Assembly: GCA_030650425.1 (NCBI GenBank)
Contig: JAUSED010000005.1
Span: 14,932-78,931 of the forward strand
Origin: Candidatus Omnitrophota bacterium
Lineage (GTDB): Bacteria; Omnitrophota; Gorgyraeia; Gygaellales; Profunditerraquicolaceae
Direction: 5' to 3'
DNA: 64,000 nucleotides
A program made the translations under genes and the position numbers. The notes under the pieces were generated by a model. The model searched no databases. It worked only from the letters and a program-made list of their open reading frames with translations, and was not told the DNA's origin. Each line of letters opens with the position of its first letter. Position 1 is the stretch's first letter. Below are positions 57,201 to 63,200 of this stretch, piece by piece.

Positions 57201-60200
57201 CAATTTTTTAGGAATAGCCGCGAATTTCTCAATGGGTTCTATTTTGACAGACTCTTTTGATGACTTAACTAATGATTTTGATCTCATTTCTTCATCCTCC
57301 CTTATTTATAAACAGTATAACACATTCTTTTTCGATCTGTCAAGCCGGATATCGTTAACGAATAATAGGGGTGGTTCTATTTTAAGTAATAAAAATCGCT
57401 CCAGCTCGCCGGCGAAAGAGATAAGATATGATGCGGATGAGGCACAGGATGTATCTCTTGGCCTAAAGCCAATAAAAGCTGTGGTTGAAGCTGCGCGGAG
57501 CCTCATTAATGGATTAGATAAAAGGACTATAGGATTAAGTAAGGTTAAGGGAGAGTCTGTTATCGTGCAGTTTAAAAATAAAACAAAGCAGGAGAAAGTT
57601 TGGCTTAACTTTGGCACAAAATTAAGAGATTTTGTTTCGCTGATGGAGGTAAGATTACTTTCAGATCCAGATATTAAGGTAAAAGTCTTGATCAATATGT
57701 TTAGCAAAGACAGAAAATTCTTGCTAATTTTTTATACTAATGACAAGGTTTATTTCTATGATACTTATGGAGAGATAGGGTCTTTAATTAAATTAGATAA
57801 GAAGGCACAAATATTGGGTCTTGAAAAGTTATTAAAAAATAAAGCGGTAAAAAGTTTTATTGATTACGTCCTCATTGGATATATTTCTCAACCAAAGTTT
57901 ATCAATGAAATTATTAAAATTTATCCTGCCCGTCCCTATAAGGCTAGGGGGGGTACAGAGCTTCGTTTTGATAAGACGGGCTATGAACTTCCTGATAGCA
58001 AAGAGACAGAGTTGGGAAGGATTCTGGAAAAAGAAATGGTCATCGTAACAGATAAAATAGCGGAGGGTAAAATATTTACTATTTTACTTGAAAAAGATTC
58101 GCTTAATAAAGCCGCTCCACACTATCTTTTATTTTTATCCCTATGCGATAGGGTACAACTTTATAACGAAGCCGGTTTTATTGTTGAATATATCAAAGAC
58201 GGGAAAAATCACGGCTACAGCGATAACCTATTCATCAACACCTTTCTTCTTAGTATCGCTTTTAAGCAAGAGTCAGCATGGAAGACTTTAGATTTAGGCC
58301 GCCAAGCGACGCACGCGATTGTTATTGGCGGGGCAGATAGAGGCTCTTTAACAATTCCAACTACAGGTATAACTTTAGAAGCATTGAATATTCGTAAAGA
58401 CGGCGGGGCGTGGATACCTGTTAAGCGGATAAGAAAAGGCGATATCATCTCGGGAGTTTGCGGTTTAGGGGGAGGCCAGTATTATGTTGACGGTATAGGA
58501 GCGCCTTTAGGAGACAAAAAATTCCCGGCTATTCTTTTAGAAGGAAAATTAAATCTTCCAAGTGTAATCCGCTGGCTATCGCAAGATGGCTCCAAAGAAA
58601 ACATCCCTGTTTCAGAATTTTTGAAAGAACTTTTTGGCAGCCGAGCAGAGAACGGCCAGAGTAAAAAGATTATGTATAGATTAGAAAAATCTAAATCCAA
58701 AAGGCCGGTTTATGATAGAAAAACAGCTCAATGGTTGGAAAAAGTTGTTTGGATCATCGTTGATTATGGCAGTGAAGAAGAATCAGGAATATATACATTG
58801 AATAAAGTCGTTGATAAGTTGGTAGAGATGAAAGGAAAGTTTAATCCCCTCTCTGTTTATATCCTTAAAGATTTACGCAGGGCTATTATTGAGCATCTGC
58901 CTTACGCAGCTTTAGCCCAACAGGAGGCAATTGAACGCATTCTTTCATTAGCTTTGCCGCAAGTGAGCCGAGAATTAGCCGAAAATCCACAAATGCAAAA
59001 ATGGATAGGAACGGCTATCCGCGGTTTATGTCAGGCAATAAAAATTAACCTAATCTCAGCTTTAAGACTACATGCTTTATTGGCAATCGAATATTTAATG
59101 GTTACAGAAGATGTCAAGCAAGAAATAAATGGGTTAATAAAATCCCGCGTTCTTAATGAAAACAAGGGAAATAAACTTCGAATTATAGATACGGCTTTGA
59201 TTTTAACAGTAAGGCTAAATTCAAGCCCGATTCTAGCCCCGAGAAGCACTTTAGTAAAGCCGGATAATAAAGATTATTTACTTCATCTAGAAAGTATTGA
59301 GGCAAGCTCTTCGTTTAAAGATATCCACACAGGGCCTTCTCCTCCGGGGATAAATTATTATCTCGCCCCATCCAATTTCTCCGCCATAAATATTTGTTTT
59401 ATAACTTCTAGTTCACCAATGGAAGAGAAGGCAGATAATTCTGAAAATAAGTATCGTGCCCCCGGAATTACGCGCTCTAGCTCACCTTTAAAACGAAACA
59501 ATCGCAGGCAAGATAGAACATACATACCATCATCTTTAGAAAGATACGGATATAATTTGGGCCAGTATTTCGATAAGTATTATGCTAAATACCTGTCCGG
59601 GGGGATTATTGCTAAACTTGAGGAAAACGGTTATTTCGAAACCCTTTTTGGTACGTATGTAAACACGCCTACGCCTAATTATATAGAACTGGTTAGTGAT
59701 ACAGAGCTGCAAAGAAAGATTGGCCTGCTCTACCTGAGCGGTTTGGGATTCCTGATTGAAGATGGGGTAAGTTTTGCCTGGACAGAGGGGAATTTTATAC
59801 ATCCGATATCAGCAAGGCCTCTTAATATAAAATACGCAGAAAGCGAAGATTTATTCCTTAGAGTAGAGCTTATATTGCAGAATATGCCTTTAGCTCAGCA
59901 GGATGAGTTTATAAAGATGCACTTGGCGCCGATCTTGTGTAAAACCCCGGAATTCTTAGATAAATTGATTACCTTAATTTTAAATATGCTCGATATAGAA
60001 GATAAAGAAGGATTGATTAAAGATTTAGAAAATTCCTATATTGTTGTTAAGGAGAGGAATTTACCTAAACCTTCGATGTATATTTTGCGGGAATATCTTT
60101 CTACCTTAGTCTTGCATGAAATTGGAGAATGCATCTTTTTTGTCTTACCCGACACTCTTAAGGAAGAGTGGAGGACTTTAGTTACCAGGGAAGTCCTTCC

Positions 60201-63200
60201 TTATCTTGGCATCATATATCTTAGGGGTTATGGTAAAGCGATTATACAAAGAGCGCAGGAAATATCTGCACAAGGTGCATTAAGGCTTGGCAGATTGGAA
60301 GAGGAGTTCTTTGCCGATGCCTTTACAGTAATCTTTGACAGGAGGAAGAATATTTTTGCAGAATTTGGAGAAGGGATCCGTGACGAATGGGAAGAGTTCA
60401 TGATTAAGAAAGTAAAGCCATACTTAATCAAAAAGCACAACTCTGGCAAGAATAGCTGGCAAGTTGAAAGCGGAGAGATCATTAGAATCTATAGAAATTC
60501 AGCCATAATTGAACCGAATGATGTAGAAGAGTCATCGAGGGAATCTTCCAGCTCACCGGCGAAGCAATCCTCTTCTCCAATCGAAGGCTATGCCGTTGTG
60601 ACGGATGGTAAAACTGATTCTGCCGCCGAAGAGGGCAATCCGGGAGCACATTGCTCAACAGCTTTAATCTCCAGCTCAGCGATGGGTATAAGCCGCAGAA
60701 GCTTTATTAAAAATAGCTCTTTGGTTTTATTGGGTCCGTCGAGATTAGCCTCTCTCTTGCGTTATTTAAGCGCGTTATCTTTGGCAGGCTGTGGCGGAGG
60801 CGGCGGCACGGAAAACCAGGCCCCTGCGCCTCTTCCGGCCCAGACTGAACTGGAGTGGATAAAGAGCAGGGTTAACCCCTCAACATTCCTTGCGGAAACT
60901 TACCAAGGCCTTTCATCAACAGACCTCTCCTTTAAAAAGTCCTTCATTTACGACCAAGGTTTGGCTATCAGGGCCTTAGTGGAATTTGGCGGCCCGGAAG
61001 AGTTTGCGCTGGCTGAAAAGATGATTGATGCAAACGGAAACGGAAACGTAGACAGTTTATCCAGCCCATTGTCTGCCATAGACTTAGAAAACAAATCCAA
61101 AATGACAAGCCGCTCCAGCTCGCCGGTGGAGAAACAAGGTGAAAGATTAGAACTGATCCTAACTTATATAGGCGATTATCTTTTACGCAGCAGCTCAAGA
61201 AATTCATTCGGAGATAGAATATCAAAGCCTTTGGCTTTGAGTACGAGAATGTCTTTGTCTAAGCTCACTAAGGGGACTTTTGATTCTGCAGCTAAGGACA
61301 GGATAAAATCATCTTCGCAATCTCTACAGATATCTAACTCGAGGCGGGTTTTGAGCTTATGGCTCTTGTCGTCAATTAACGCCACAAGTTCCTTTGCTTC
61401 ATTAGCGGGAATAAGCCTTTTAACCTTTGGTTTACTTAAAGTATCATTGAGCTCTTTTAGTAATTTCTCAGATACAATTAGCGTAAATTCCTCATTGATA
61501 AATGCGTTTAAGATAGGCCTGGTCAATGAGCTATTCATCAGCGCGCTTATCCAGATATTCGTATCAATGACAACCTTAAGCATATTAATTAGCTTTTCTT
61601 ACTTTCTTTACAATGCGTACAATTTCGTCGTTAGAAAGAACCCTGCGGTTCTTAATCCGCTTGTCGATTCTAGAGATGAGATTCTTAAAGCGCAATTGCC
61701 AAGTCTCCAAGTTCAACCTTCGGGCAATGATCAGTTTTTCTTCCAATGGAAGTTCTTCTATAAGATTCTCAACCTGCTTAGTATTAAGTTCCAAAGTTAC
61801 TTTAGACATGTAAAACACCTCCTATCATTAATAAACTACTCGTCAACAAATTATAACCCAATGCCGCCTTTGCGTCAAGTTTATAATCTTCAGAGGATTG
61901 TGAATAAAGAGGAGAATAAAGGTGACGGTTCTATTTATTTCCAGTATTTCCAGCGAGAAAATACAGACAGTTTACCTATCCCATCGTTTACCAAGGAGTT
62001 AAGAAATAAATCCGTAATGACAGGCCGCTCCAGTTCGCCTGCGGAATTGAGTTATAGATGGAGTTTATTTATAAGGATTAGGGAAGGGGCAGATTATTTA
62101 CTCAATATTTTAAGACAACTTTCAGCAGTTAGTACTTTAAATGGTAGGTCAGCAGAACGACGGGATAAAAAATGCCTATTTTCTGTTACCAATGCATCTG
62201 CGCCTGTATATTCTGAAAACGCGCCAATAAGCGCGTCTGCGGGCTTAAGCCCTAAAGTTTCATATTTTGTGCCTAGTTCAAATGGCACCTCAAAGTCTTC
62301 ATCAATTTTAGTCCAAGCATTGATGAGAAGTATAAATTCCTTAAAGGCTTCAGGCGTTAGATTATCGCGCACCTCTTCAATGATTAAGCGCAGGATTCGC
62401 ACGGTGATATCTTCTGGACGTTCTGCTATTTTTTCAATCAGTTTTTCAGAAGGCGGATATCTGACTGCGCCTAAGGCAAAGATGTATTCATTACTATCGA
62501 GAATGAGCCGCAAATTTTGCCTCCCAAATCTTTTCACGAGTTTTACGAATTTTCTCAATTATTTCTTGCTTGCTAAGACCCCGGCACGGGGAGCTGACTT
62601 TGGACATAAGTTGTCGAATCTTGTCGATGCGCTTTTTAACTTCTTGAATATTTTTTCTCATAATTCTTCACCTCTAAGTAAGGTTAACATACCTAAAAAC
62701 TTTAGTCAAGTGGTTATTACTAATGACTACTTCAGTCCTCTTAGCCGTGGTGCTTCGCCGATTAAGCAGGGTTATCGTAGCTTTGCGGTGGAAGCAGCAC
62801 CTTCTATAAAGAAAGATTCTGCGCGCAAAACGCCGTTTAGGCCGAGTTCAAGTAGCCCTCTTGGTTCTCTTGTTACAACTCTTGGCGGATATCATTATAT
62901 CGGGTTGCGCCAAAGAATAGGACTGGATGACCATTTTGCCAATGGGCCGCCTGCGGTAGATACCTCTAGCCTATCAAGGATTTTTTCCATAACATCTTCT
63001 CCTATAATAGATTACATAAAGCGTCTACCTATTCTACCTATTGTGTCCCTTTCGGGAGCGTCCCCTATTGCTACCCACTCAGTTTCTCTTTTTATTGAGA
63101 TTATCCGTAAAGGCGCTGGCGCCTCTAGCCCGGTAGTTTTAGAGGCTAAGAAAAACTATAGAGATTTGATGCATGATCTGAGGGGAAATTTTATTGTTGT

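Noticed and set aside
58390-58460. DGGAWIPVKRIRKGDII resembling a Hint/intein block
   Set aside because: No N-terminal Cys block, TxxH or terminal HN motif seen
4790-60690. Independent internal translation starts at Met after linkers (4822, 35158, 43837, 60682)
   Set aside because: No convincingly spaced SD, whereas the nested genes show strong SD use; cannot be excluded without ribosome profiling
367-61225. About 80 short ORFs in the ORF track (mostly minus strand) other than the TA genes
   Set aside because: They are shadows of the frame +1 giant ORF: mostly Ser/Leu/Phe/Ile-rich antisense composition, with no family motifs and no SD or promoter noticed
62514-62558. Longer PIN start given in the ORF track
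   Set aside because: It lies inside the upstream antitoxin. TTG at 62513 has a GGGAGG SD and gives the typical PIN N-terminus.
62581-62598. SSP-like DNA motif on the minus strand within the 55-aa antitoxin (VSSPC)
   Set aside because: Single partial match; likely coincidence
48000-63200. CRISPR array, classical integron or IS element explaining the repeats
   Set aside because: Repeats are irregularly spaced and coding. No cas gene, integrase, transposase or canonical attC was recognised in the window, and no tRNA or rRNA was seen.
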